A DNA stretch of 64,000 nt. Source: an uncultured delta proteobacterium (GTDB lineage Bacteria > Myxococcota > Kuafuiibacteriia > Kuafuiibacteriales > Kuafuiibacteriaceae). The DNA is taken from positions 192,001-256,000 of the forward strand of contig CAWDML010000004.1 in assembly GCA_963803435.1 (NCBI GenBank). The letters are read 5' to 3'. Under the pieces are notes generated by a model. That model did no database searches. It was not told where the DNA came from and was given only the letters and a program-made list of their open reading frames with translations. Both the position numbers and the translations under genes were made by a program. Shown in pieces: positions 1 to 10,697 of the stretch (position 1 is its first letter; every line of letters begins with the position of its first letter).

Positions 1-1160
1 GTCGCGGGCTCCGGCGGAGGTGGTTCGCGCTCGAGCTCGCGCGGGCGCACGGAGGGTGCCGGAGCCGGGGCGGGCGCCTCGGTGTTGCCGTCGATCGCGA
101 CCACCTCGACCGGCGTGGGCGAGAGCATGCGGTCGGTGACGATGGCTGTGATCGCGACGATCCCTGCGAGCAGGGCGGCGCCCGTCGGCCACCGCTTCGG
201 CGTCGACACGAGCACCGCCGAGGTGGCCTCGGGGCGAGGCAGGACCGCGGTGTGTGCGGCCGGTGCCGGCGGCTCGAGGGCGCGGTCCAGGGCCTCCATC
301 ATCTCGAGGGCGCTCGAGTATCGCTCCTCCTTCTCGCGGTGGAGCGCGCGGAGGACCACGGCGTCCAGCTCGGGGCCGACCTCGCTGCGAAACCGGGAGG
401 GGAGCGGCCGCGGCTCGACGGCGATCCTGTGGGTGACGGCGTACGGGCTGTTCTGATCCACCATCGGAACCGAGGTCACCGCGAGCGAGATCGGGAAGCC
501 GTCCTGCCCGATCAGGAACGGCCTGCGGCTGGTGAGCATCTCGAACAGCAAGACGCCGAGGGCGTAGATGTCCGTTCGCTGATCGACGATCTCACCCATC
601 AACTGCTCGGGAGACATGTAGGTCAGCGTGCCGAGCCGCCGCCCGATGGTGGTCTGATCGCTCTCCGGCAGCGCGATCTTGGCGATGCCGAAGTCGAGGA
701 TCTTCACGGTGGGCCCGCGCTCCCCCCGCGAGACCATCACGTTGGACGGTTTGAGATCGCGATGCACGATCGAGCGCGCGTGGGCGGCCTCCAGACCGCT
801 GGCCACCTGCGAGACCACCGCCCGCACCTCCTCGATCGGACAGTGTCGCGTGGACTTGGCGAGGTCGTGGATCTCCTCGTAGAGGGTGCGCCCCTCCGCG
901 AGCTCCATCGCGAGGAAGCGGTACCAGCCGTCGTTCCCCGACGTGATCGCGCGAGCGATGTTGGGATGATCGAGCGCCTCGAGGACCTTGGCCTCCCGGA
1001 GGAAGCGCTCCAGGACCATGGGCTTGTTCGCCAGCTCCTCGCGGAGAACCTTGATCGCGACCTTGTTCTGGGTGTGCTCGTCGAGGGCGAGCCACACCGT
1101 TCCGAAGGTTCCCTCGCCGAGCTTCTGCTCGAGCCGGAAGCGGCCACCGAACAGGACCAA
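1..1160 (-). CDS. Hanks-type Ser/Thr protein kinase (3' end runs off the window)
   Basis: Not in the ORF track. Read manually on the - strand: FRLEQKLGEGTFGTVW, VAIKVL, HRDLKPSNVM, KILDFGIAK, GTLTYMSPEQ, then an Ala/Pro-rich linker. TTG start at 1160 is tentative. Confidence 0.9.
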   Translation of the reverse strand, partial: MVLFGGRFRLEQKLGEGTFGTVWLALDEHTQNKVAIKVLREELANKPMVLERFLREAKVLEALDHPNIARAITSGNDGWYRFLAMELAEGRTLYEEIHDLAKSTRHCPIEEVRAVVSQVASGLEAAHARSIVHRDLKPSNVMVSRGERGPTVKILDFGIAKIALPESDQTTIGRRLGTLTYMSPEQLMGEIVDQRTDIYALGVLLFEMLTSRRPFLIGQDGFPISLAVTSVPMVDQNSPYAVTHRIAVEPRPLPSRFRSEVGPELDAVVLRALHREKEERYSSALEMMEALDRALEPPAPAAHTAVLPRPEATSAVLVSTPKRWPTGAALLAGIVAITAIVTDRMLSPTPVEVVAIDGNTEAPAPAPAPSVRPRELEREPPPPEPA

Positions 1161-1178
1161 GTCGCCATCATAGCGTAG

Positions 1179-2360
1179 CTACAACGCGGAGCTGATCCCG
1201 TATGTGGCAGCTCCGAGTCCCACCCCGGCGACCAGCGACAGCCAGAAGGCGAGCTCACTGTCGGGGAACAGCACCGATCCGATCGACCAGAGGGCGCCGC
1301 TGAGGGCGACGCTGTACCCGAGCGGCAGGAGGAGGAGCCCGCCGTTCGCGCACTCCGAGGAGCGCTCATGCGCCAGATCGCAGGTGCCGGCCAGGCGGGA
1401 GGTTCGCTGCTCGGTGCAGTCCGCGCCGACGCACGGCGTGACGACGTCCCGGTCCGGCGCCAGCCCGATCCCGACCGCAGAGATCGCGATCCCCACCGCC
1501 GCGATCGCCACGCCCCCGAAGAGCCCGACCTTCATCCGCGTTCGATCCGGCGCGACCGCTGGTGGTGGGATCCGGACCTCTACCGGCGTCTGCGGGCGGA
1601 CCATCACGGCTTCGGTGAGCAGCTCCTCGTGGCGCTCCGGATCGCGGATCGAGACCCGGCGCGCCCCCGGGGCGAGGGCTTCGAGCCGCGTCGTACCCGG
1701 CCCCGTGATCCCCACCAGCGCGTCGTCGATCGCGATCTCGAGGCCGGCTCGGCCGCCGGCGATCGTGATCGCCCCTGCGGGCTCGGCGACTCCGTGCTCC
1801 GCGAAGGCCCCCGCGAAGTCGCCGGCGAGGAAGCGATCGAGCAGCTGGAGGAGCTCCGCGTCGTCGTCCAGGCGCGACGTCGTTCCCCGCGCGGTGATGA
1901 CGCTCTCGAAGATCCGGTTCTCGACGGAGGCGACCGAACCGGCCGGCTCGTCGAGAGCGCGATCGATGATCTTCCCGGCGCGCTCGAGATCGACGAGGAC
2001 CCCAGCGACCTCCACGGTTCCCTCCTTGGACTCCACCAGCGACATCACCAAAAGGAACATCGGCGCCTCGGCGGGGCGGGTCCGGCGCGCCTCCTCGACC
2101 CAGCAGGTGAGACGTCGATCGAGCTCGCACTCGAGCAGCCGCGAGGTGTCGATCCCGAGCTGCTCGGGAGAGCGGAGCTCGAGGCGCGAGCGGTGCTGGA
2201 GCGCTTCGGCGGCGACCCGGTACAGCCGTGTGGTGGCGATTGGGACGCGCACGCCCTTCGGCGTCATCTCCATCATCAAGAGTGGGGCGCGCTCGTCGAC
2301 GTCGATGATGCGCGGCGACGGCTCTCCGATGAGCGCCAGGAGGAGGGCCGCCGCGATCAT
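1179..2360 (-). CDS. Secreted/membrane protein with PEGA-like domain and C-terminal TM helices
   Basis: 393-aa ORF with signal peptide, PEGA-like segment (EIAIDDALVGITGPG..LAPGARRVSI) and hydrophobic C-terminal helices. Start overlaps the upstream stop (ATGA). Confidence 0.65.
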   Translation of the reverse strand: MIAAALLLALIGEPSPRIIDVDERAPLLMMEMTPKGVRVPIATTRLYRVAAEALQHRSRLELRSPEQLGIDTSRLLECELDRRLTCWVEEARRTRPAEAPMFLLVMSLVESKEGTVEVAGVLVDLERAGKIIDRALDEPAGSVASVENRIFESVITARGTTSRLDDDAELLQLLDRFLAGDFAGAFAEHGVAEPAGAITIAGGRAGLEIAIDDALVGITGPGTTRLEALAPGARRVSIRDPERHEELLTEAVMVRPQTPVEVRIPPPAVAPDRTRMKVGLFGGVAIAAVGIAISAVGIGLAPDRDVVTPCVGADCTEQRTSRLAGTCDLAHERSSECANGGLLLLPLGYSVALSGALWSIGSVLFPDSELAFWLSLVAGVGLGAATYGISSAL

Positions 2361-5030
2361 CTCCGCGCTCCGTGGAGGAGACGGCCGGAGGAGCTCGCCA
2401 CGAAAACCTCACCCCACGGCGCCTGGAACGCGTCGAGGAGCGGTTCGGGAAAGCGGTAGCGAGCGAGGTTGCCGAGGCGCTGGATCGAGCCGCCGGGAAA
2501 GGTTCCTGCGTTGAAGACCTCGAAGATGCCGTCACGATCGCCGGCGATCGACACCGGGTTGCCGGAGAAGACGTCGGTCGAGGCGATCGCGTCGGGTGCA
2601 TCTCTGAGACAGCGATCGAGGTAAGGCTCGGAGCAGACGTCGCCGGGCGCGTCGGTCGTCAGCTCCCAGGTCAGGCCTCGCTCGTTGTAGATGTTCTGGA
2701 GCGGACGTCCGCCGATCAGCACGTCGTCCGAGCACACCGCAAGCACCGAGGAGAGGAGGGGCTTCCTTCCCCCGTCGACCTCGTCGAAGAGGGACTGGCT
2801 CGACCGATCGATGATGATGCGCTGGGCGCGCGGCGGGGTGGAGAAGGGATTGAGATTGAAGAGCAGCCCCGCACATCCGGAGATGAACGTGCGCCCCCCG
2901 GCCGAGGAGATGCTCTTCAGCGGGCCGCCCGTGTAGGAGGGCTCGCAGGGGAGATTGTCGAACGACACGTCGGGCTCGGTCTCCTCGGTGGACGGATCGT
3001 CGAAGTCGATCTCGGCGGTCTGGAGCCTGTCACCATCGAGCACCAGGATCCGACCGTCGAAGGTCAGCATCGCGAAACGTCCGGGTCCGAGCGTGGACAT
3101 GCGCCGCACGTCGCCCGCGTCGAGGTCGGGCTGCTCGATCAGCGTCGAGCCCAGGGGCTCGGTCCGTGCCAGGCTGGCGCTCCTCGGGTGCTCGACGGCG
3201 ACGAGGAGCGAGCCGTCGCGGGGATTGGCCGCGACCGCGCTGATCGAATCGCGGGGCTCGAGCGGCGTGAGCCGGCGCTCCTCACCGCTGCCGTCGGCGC
3301 GCCGGACCTGGACGAGCCCGTTGACGTGGATGATCTCGACCTCGTCGCCGCGCACCACGAACCCGGCGACCCGTCCCGATCGCAGCGTCGGATCTCCGAA
3401 CCTGGGGACGAACGACGTCGTGCCGGCGCGACGGAAGAAGACCTCGACCGGGACCTCGCCGGTCCACGCCACGGTGTGCCCGAACGCGGTCGATGCTCCG
3501 CCGATCGGTATGGTGGTCTGTGGGGGCTGGAATGCCTCCGTGATCTGGACCTCGCCGGTCCGATCGATCGCGACGCTGTGGCCACTGGCGAGCGTCATCC
3601 TCAGGCGTCCGTCCGGATCGGTCACGAACGGCCGGCACGTCTGTGGCGCCGTCTCGATCTCGACGAGCGCCGGCGGTGCGCGCGTGCTGGTCACCACCGC
3701 TCGATCGATCCGCGTCATCATCACGTGGGTGGCTTCGGTCTGGACGCACGCGACCAGAAAGCTCCCGACAGCGCCGACCGACCGCAGATCGCCCGGTGGG
3801 ATCGGGATGACCGTGCCGTTCAGGGCGACGAGGTGGAGCGCGAAGGCACGCCAGTGCAGGCTGGTTCCGACGACCACTCCCGCCTGATCCTCGTCGTCCG
3901 CGCGCTCGGTCTGGGTGGGAGCGGCCGCGATCGCCGACTGCGGCGGAAGCCCCTCGAACACCACGAGCCCGGTGAGCGCGCCGAGCACCAACGCACCGTC
4001 CTCGAGGATCGTCGCGTCCTCGAACTGACGGCCGAGGAACAGGAGCTGCGGTGGCGTGAAGGTCTTGCACCCGAGGGGCGGGGCGCCCTCGCACAGCTCG
4101 CCGCGCGGAGTCCGCCGGTCAGCCTCGCCGAGCAAGAGCATCCGGCCGTCGGGGAGCGGGAGGACGTGACGCTGGCCGGGATCGATCTCTGCGCCCCCGA
4201 TCCGATCGAGATCGAGATCGAGGACCTTGGTCTCGGTCCCGTCGCCCGACTGCGTGACGGCCCAGAACGTGTCGCGCCTGCTTCCGGCGGCCGAAAGGAT
4301 CGTGTCGTCAAATGGGCTGTCGGCTCCCTCCCTCACCGTCCGCACCGTGCCGTCCACCTCGAAGACGACGGAGTGGTGCTCACCGAAGAGTCCGAGGGTG
4401 CCCGAGGAGGTGACCGCCACCTGCTCGTGCGGCCAGGAGGAGGGACCGTCCATCGGCTCGAAGCTGGGGAGCTGCCCCTCCGGGATCCGCTCGATACTTC
4501 GAGCACGCGCACGGACCGGAGAGACCGATCCGCAGGCGCGACACGATCACCTCCGGCTCCCCGTCGCCGGCGTGCTCCGCGAAGCGTGGAAGCGCGCAGA
4601 GATCGCCGTCCTGAACCACCTGAGGGGGCGAATAGGTCGAGCCGCCGCAGCGCCCGCACGCGCCGTAACCTGTCGCCTCCGCACGCTTCGGATCGTAGAC
4701 GCGTAGGCGCGAGAGCAGGCCGCTCGAGAAGCTCTCGCCGTCGAGCGTGCGAAGGTCGCCGTCACGGATGAGGAGGAAGTGCGCCTCGGCGCCGGAGGGC
4801 CGCGAGAGGCTCGGCGGGGGCTCGCCCGCGAGGAACGTCTCGACCTGCAGGATCTCGCCCGAGCCCGAGGCGACCGCAGCGATCACGAGGTCATCCGGTC
4901 CGGCGTCTTCGAAGATCGGCGCCGTGATGCGATCGACGCAGCCGGCGCCGAGCGCGCAGGCCATGACCACCGGGAGCAGCCGCGCCTGCGACTTCAGCCG
5001 CGCTCGCTCCCCGCCGCGGCACTGCATCAC
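2357..5030 (-). CDS. Large putative lipoprotein, beta-rich (propeller-like) ectodomain; frameshifted at ~4496
   Basis: ORFs 4380..5030 (lipobox-like ALGAGC) and 2357..4453 join if one A is removed from GATAC at 4493-4497, reading CACSKIERIPEGQ; ~890 aa. Confidence 0.6.
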
Positions 5031-8000
5031 GAAGGTCCGAGCTGCGGGGACCGATCCTCCGGCTCCGCCGCCGTCAGGGCCGCCGCGCGCGCCAGCAACG
5101 CGTGGAGGCCCTCGAGGTCATCGTGGTGGCCGAGCTCCGCCGGGACCTCGCCGTTCTGGATCGCGCCGAGGGCTCGACGAACCTGGAGCGCGCGCCGCTG
5201 AGCGTCGAGGAACGCCGGCCGCCCCCGCAGGAGATCGAACACCAGCAGGCCCAGCGCGTAGGCGTCGGTGCGCTGATCGATCCCCGCCCGCGCCATCTGC
5301 TCCGGAGCGGCGTAGAGCGGGGCCCCCTCGAATCCGAGGGTCGCGGTTCGGCTCGCCTCCAGCTGTCGCGCCACCCCGAAGTCCGCGATCTTCGGTCGTC
5401 CGTCTCGATCGAAGAGCACGTTGGAGGGCTTGAGATCGCGGTGGACGATCCCGTGCGCATGGACGTGGGCGAGCGCGTCGGCCAGCGCGCCCCAGGTGGC
5501 GCGGACCTCGTCGAGCTGCGGCGGCGGGGAGCGCATCAACCGATCGGAGAGGCTGCCGCCTTCGAGCAGCTCCATGACCAGGAAGCAGGTCGACTCGTCG
5601 TCCATGGTCCCATAGTCGAAGACGCGCGCGATGCCCGGGTGGCTGGAGAGCTGCTCCATGATCCGCGCTTCCTGGTGGAGCCGCCGCATCAAGCTGCGGT
5701 CCGACTCCACCAGCTCCGGCTTCAGCACCTTGACGGCGCGGGGCGAGCCCAGCTCGGGATGGCGGGCCCGGAAGACGATGCCCATCGAGCCGCTCCCAAT
5801 CTCCTCCTCGAGCACGTAGCGTCCCAGGACGTCGCCGCGGGCCACCGGCGCGTCGCCTGCCCACCAGCGCTCCGCCTCCGCCAGCTCCGACCCGAGCTCC
5901 TCCGACAGGTACAGATCCTCGCGCGCGGCCAGGAGGTCCGCGAAGGCGGCGGCGCCGTTCGGTCCCTCGGGCTTCTCCACGTGCCGATGTCCGGACGCCT
6001 GATCGAGGTATTCGATGCGCCCGTCCTTCCTCACCGAGGCGATCACGAACGCATGCGGGACGCCGCACTCACACCGCCGCACGGCGATGAACGGATCGAG
6101 GAGGAGGCGCCGCGAGAAGTCCTGGGTGGCCAGGAACACCACGTCCGACGGCGGGGGCCGGAACACCACCAGGCTACGCCGCTCCGACTCGACGGCGCTG
6201 CCGTGCAGATCCTCCACCTCGAGCTCGAGCGAGCCGTCCCGGCGGGTGCGCTGGCCGACGGCGCGCAGCAGCGGGCGCCGCGTCAGAAAAGCGATCGCGG
6301 CGAGCAGTGTTCGCACCTCGCGGTCGACCTCGCCGACGATCGTCTCGGCCTTGGTGCCGTGGTGGAGCACTCCGTTTCTGAGCTCGACGATCCGATCGAG
6401 CGCGTCGCGACCCGACGGCTCGGAGCCGAAGAAGAAGTCCAGCAGCTCCGGCACGAACGGCTCGGCGGAGCGCTGGCCGATCGCGCGAGAGACCTCCCGC
6501 GCGATCGCGACCCACATCCCGAAGGAGAGCCGGCGATTCATCTCGCTCAGCTCCGCCTCGGCCCGATCGTTCTTTTCAGTGGAAGAGAGATAGTCCGCCA
6601 TCGCCACCGCGGCCAGCATCCTGGCGATCGACTCTGCGAGCATGAAGCCGAGCAGCGTCTTCTCGGTCTTCTCGCGCGCGATCCGGAACGCGCGTAAGGA
6701 TTGTCCGATCGGCTTCGGCAGCTTGCGCTCGAGACCGGCCAGCGTGGCGCTCTGGGTGCGGCGCTCGGCGGCGCGTCGGACCTCGTAGCGTGCTCGTGCC
6801 TCGTCGAGGACGCGGCGCGCCTCCTCGGCGTTCCTCGGCCTCGCCCGCGGATCGACGGCGAGCAGCGAGCGGAGCGCCCGCGCCAGCTCGGGCCCGACGT
6901 GCTCGCGGATCTCGTCGAGCGCCGTACCGATCGCGTTGTCGAAGCCGCCCACCGGGATCAGCGTCTCCTCGACCCGCCGCGGGAAGAGCCGGCGACCCAG
7001 GGCCAGCTCGGCGAGGAGGACCCCGGCGGCGAACAGAATCGGAGGCAGGCTCGGGCGCACGGCCGTCGGCGACCTCGGGGGCCGCGTAGCCGGCGGTTCC
7101 GAACCCCGAGACGGCGCTCCGCACGACGCCCGGGCTCGCCACGTCGAGCAGCACCGGGCCCCGGCCCTCGACGAACAGCACGTTGCGGCCGGACAGATCG
7201 CCGAGCACGCCGAAGTACCGGTGCACGGTCCCGATGCCGTCGACCAGCGCCCGCCCCAGCTCGACCAGCCGCGCCGGGTCGACGAGCGGTCCCGCCTGGA
7301 TCTGTTCCATCCACGTCGGCGCGTCGACCTCCTCGAAGACGACGTACGGCCGCGCCGCGCCGCGCACCAGCACCTCCGCGTCGAGCACGCCGGCGAAGGC
7401 TGGGCTGGCGGCGCACGCGGTGATCCCGACCCGAAACTCGCGCCAGGCCGCGCCGTAGGGATCGACGCGATCGTCGTACCAGAGCTTCATCACCCCGAGC
7501 TGTCCGCTGGAGTTGATCACGCGATAGAGCTCGGCCTCGCCGCCGAAGTGGAGGTGGGTCTCGACGCGCCAAAGGCTGATCCGATCGCCGGGAGAGAGCG
7601 TCGGCTCGCGAGGCGTGCCGAGCGGCTTGCCCTCCACCTCAGGGATGTGAACCGGCGCCGGCGCCCCCGTCAGCTGCCGCTCGACTGCGCGCCGCCAGTC
7701 GGGATCGAGCATCGCCAGCATCTCGGCCTCGATCTCGGCGGGCGGACGCGCACGGAACACCGGGTCGCGCGCGACCATCGCGTCGACGAAGCGCGCCAGC
7801 TGCTCGTCGACGGCGGGCGCATATCGGCGTGTTGGAGGCGGGTCCTCCGAGACCCGGCGAAAGAGAATCCCGAGCAGCGCCTGGTGGTCATGGCCGAACG
7901 GAGGGTGTCCGGTCAGCAGCGCCGACAGCAGCGCGCCGGCCCGATACCCGGCGTCGTGCTGAGCGTTTCTTCCCTTCACCATGCCGGGCGAGAAGTAGCC

Positions 8001-10111
8001 AGGGTCGCCGCGGATCAACCCGCCGGCGGCCGTGGTGTAGACGGCGTCGTCGTCGTCGACGTACTCGACGGGGACGTCGAGCGCACAGGCGAACCTCTCC
8101 GGTGAGGCGGTCTCGGCGCGGACGCGATTGTGAGAGAAGTCGTCGAACCGGCGACCGATCGAGTGGAGCCAAGAGAGCGCGCGGAACGTGACGGTGACGA
8201 CCGCGAGCGCGGCCTGCGGCGGCAATGTCAACCCGTCTTGCAGGCGCTCCGGGGTGGGAACCCGGCGCACGAAGGCGGTGTAGTCGGGGCCGAGGGGGAG
8301 CTCCGAGAAGAAGGGGACGAACAGGGCGGGCTTCTCGGCAATCAACCAGCGGAGCGCCTCGGCCCGGGCCTTCGCGTCGTAGTGGGCGGGCTCTCGGCGC
8401 CCGACGTGGACGACCACGGGCTCGCCCGCGAACACCGCGTCGTAGCTCATCATCCCTTCCGGCGTCTGGCCTCGCCATCCGATCGCCTCGAAGCCGGCGC
8501 GCTCGAGCTGCGTCTCGAGGGGCTCCGGCGCCCGCCGCGGGAGGGCGGCGCCGCCGGAGGAGTCGGTGACGTTCCAGCTGGGCTCGGTCCTCGCCTCCGC
8601 GGTCGGCGTCCCCGGGGCGACCGAAGTGTTGGTGGCCTCGACGTCGAAGTCCTCGAGCGCGTCCAGGTCCGGCGAAGTGACCGCTCCCGGGATCGGGCTG
8701 GCGGTGGTGAGGGTCGACTCGTCGAGCGCCGGACTGCCGGTATGCGTGGCCTCCTCGAACGGCTCCGAACGGGCCGCCTCGAACAGCGCCGCCTGCAGCA
8801 TCACGGTCTCGCCGGCGCCTTCGAGCTCCGGCTCGAGCTCGAGGTCGACGTCGTCGCCCGGCGCCGGCTCTGGCGGCGCCGCGGGCGGCGGTTCCGGCGG
8901 AGCCTCCTCCTTCTTGCCGAACCAGCGCGAGAACGCCGAGCCGACTGTGCCGAGCACGCTCTTTCGGTCCCTCGGGAGCGGCGCGGGCGAAGGCCGCGCA
9001 CCCGGCTCCTCCCGCGGGAGCCCGCTGCGCGGCCGGATCGCGGGCTGGGCCGGGAGCGTCGGAGGCGCCTCGGCGCTCGACGATGAAGGGGGTGGCGGAG
9101 GCGCGCTGGCGGGCCGGGCGGACTTCGCGACCGGCGGGCGCTCGAACGCGCCGGTGTCCGCCTCCGAGGCGCGGCTCCTGGTCGGCGCGGGCAGCGACGG
9201 GCTCCGCTTCGCCACCTTCTGCTTCTGCTTCTTGTCGACGTCGCCGAAGCCGAGGAGGTCCAGCTCGCCCAGGACCTGGCTGGCACTTCGGGGTCGCGCC
9301 TCCGGATCCTTCTCGAGCATCCACATCAGGAGATCGGAGAGCTCCGGCTGGATCGGATCGACCAGCCCCACCGGCGGAACCGCGTCTTCCTGGACGATCC
9401 GCATCAACACCGCCACCGGCGAGTCGGCGTGGAAGGGCGGGCGGCCGGTGAGCGCGGCGTAGATCGTCGAGGCGAGCGAGAACAGAATCGCTCCGCCCGT
9501 CGACGTGCCTCCCCTGCGCCTGCTCGGGCGACATGAACCCGGGTGTCCCGTAGAATCGCGCCCGTCCGCGTGAGCGCGCGGGAGCCCGCGTGCCTCGCCA
9601 CTCCGAAGTCGATCAGCTTGACCAGACCGTCGCGGGCGTCCGGGAGGAAGATGTTGGAGGGCTTGAGATCACGATGGACGATGTCGAGCGCGTGCACGCG
9701 GTCGAGCGCCGACAGCACCGAGCGAAAGATCCAGATGGCGTCCCGCACCCCGATCGCACCGCCCGCCTTCTTCATGCGCGCGTCGAGGGCCAGCTCGCCG
9801 GCCCACTCGATGATCAGGAACGGCCGCTCGTCGAGACGTCCGGCGTCGAAGAGCCGGACCACGTTCGGGTGATCGATGCGCGCGAGGAGCTGCGCCTCCC
9901 GCTCGAGCCGCTCCGCGACCGCAGCGTTCGCCGTGAGCTCGGGACGGAGCACCTTCGCCACCGCCCGCCCGCCCGCGACCGCGTGACGGACGGTGAACGT
10001 CTCGCACATCCCGCCCTCACCGAGAGGAGCCACCACCTCCCACGTCCCGAGCCGTGAGCCGGCGCCAATCGGAATGGTGCGCTGCGAGAGCACGAGGCGT
10101 GATTCTGCCAC
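5027..10111 (-). CDS. Multi-domain protein kinase: four kinase-fold domains plus HEPN-like domain; three apparent +1 frameshifts
   Basis: ORFs 9404..10111, start of 7888..9534, 6576..9416 and 5027..7060 join after removing one A at GAATC 9553, 9485 and 7036. This restores GAIYGTPGFMSPEQ, RSDLFSL and ASDLFAAG. Domains 1 and 4 carry HRDLKPSN and DFG. Confidence 0.8.
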
Positions 10112-10222
10112 GAGGAGCGGCCGCGAGCGGGATTCCCGTCATGGCGCCGCGAAACCCCGAAACGCGATGGAGAACAGCCGACTGAGACGCCGAGAACGGA
10201 TGCCCAGCGACGCGCAGCAGGA

Positions 10223-10690
10223 CTACCGAGGGAAGTCTTCGTAGTCACCGGCCCGGTCGTCGCCGGGGAAGGCGGCGGCGTGGTCGTTGCGGGCGCAGGC
10301 GATGATCGCGGCCTGCGACTCGAAGTCGTGGCAGGTGATCCCGTTGGCGGCGAGCACCGCCGCGGCGGCGAGCACCTCGGCGGGCTCGAACAGGATCAGG
10401 CCGCCGTGGGCGTAGAGGGAGCCCTCGCGCAGCGCGAGGATCCGGGCCTCGTCGAGCGGGACCTTCGCGTTGGCCAGCGCCCGCGCCTTCAGCGCCGAGA
10501 GCGCGGGGGCGGAGCTCTCCCCGGCGGAGCCCACGTGATCGCCGTAGTGGCCGGCGCCCGAGCGGACGGCGCCGGAGCGATCGAGATCCTCGACGTCGAG
10601 CCGCCTGCGCGGGCGCTCGACCCCGGCGTTCCGATCCGGCGGGCGGATCCAAAGACCGAGGCGTGCGCCGACGCGCTTCATCCACTCCAT
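10223..10690 (-). CDS. Hypothetical protein (155 aa)
   Basis: C-terminal part of ORF 10223..10921; ATG at 10690 lies 7 bp after the upstream stop; GC3-biased codons. Confidence 0.55.
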   Translation of the reverse strand: MEWMKRVGARLGLWIRPPDRNAGVERPRRRLDVEDLDRSGAVRSGAGHYGDHVGSAGESSAPALSALKARALANAKVPLDEARILALREGSLYAHGGLILFEPAEVLAAAAVLAANGITCHDFESQAAIIACARNDHAAAFPGDDRAGDYEDFPR

Positions 10691-10697
10691 GGTGACG

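Noticed and set aside
1160-1181. First kinase is in frame with the upstream gene across a single TAG (possible readthrough)
   Set aside because: One-in-three chance; a TTG start is available at 1160 and there is no recoding signal.
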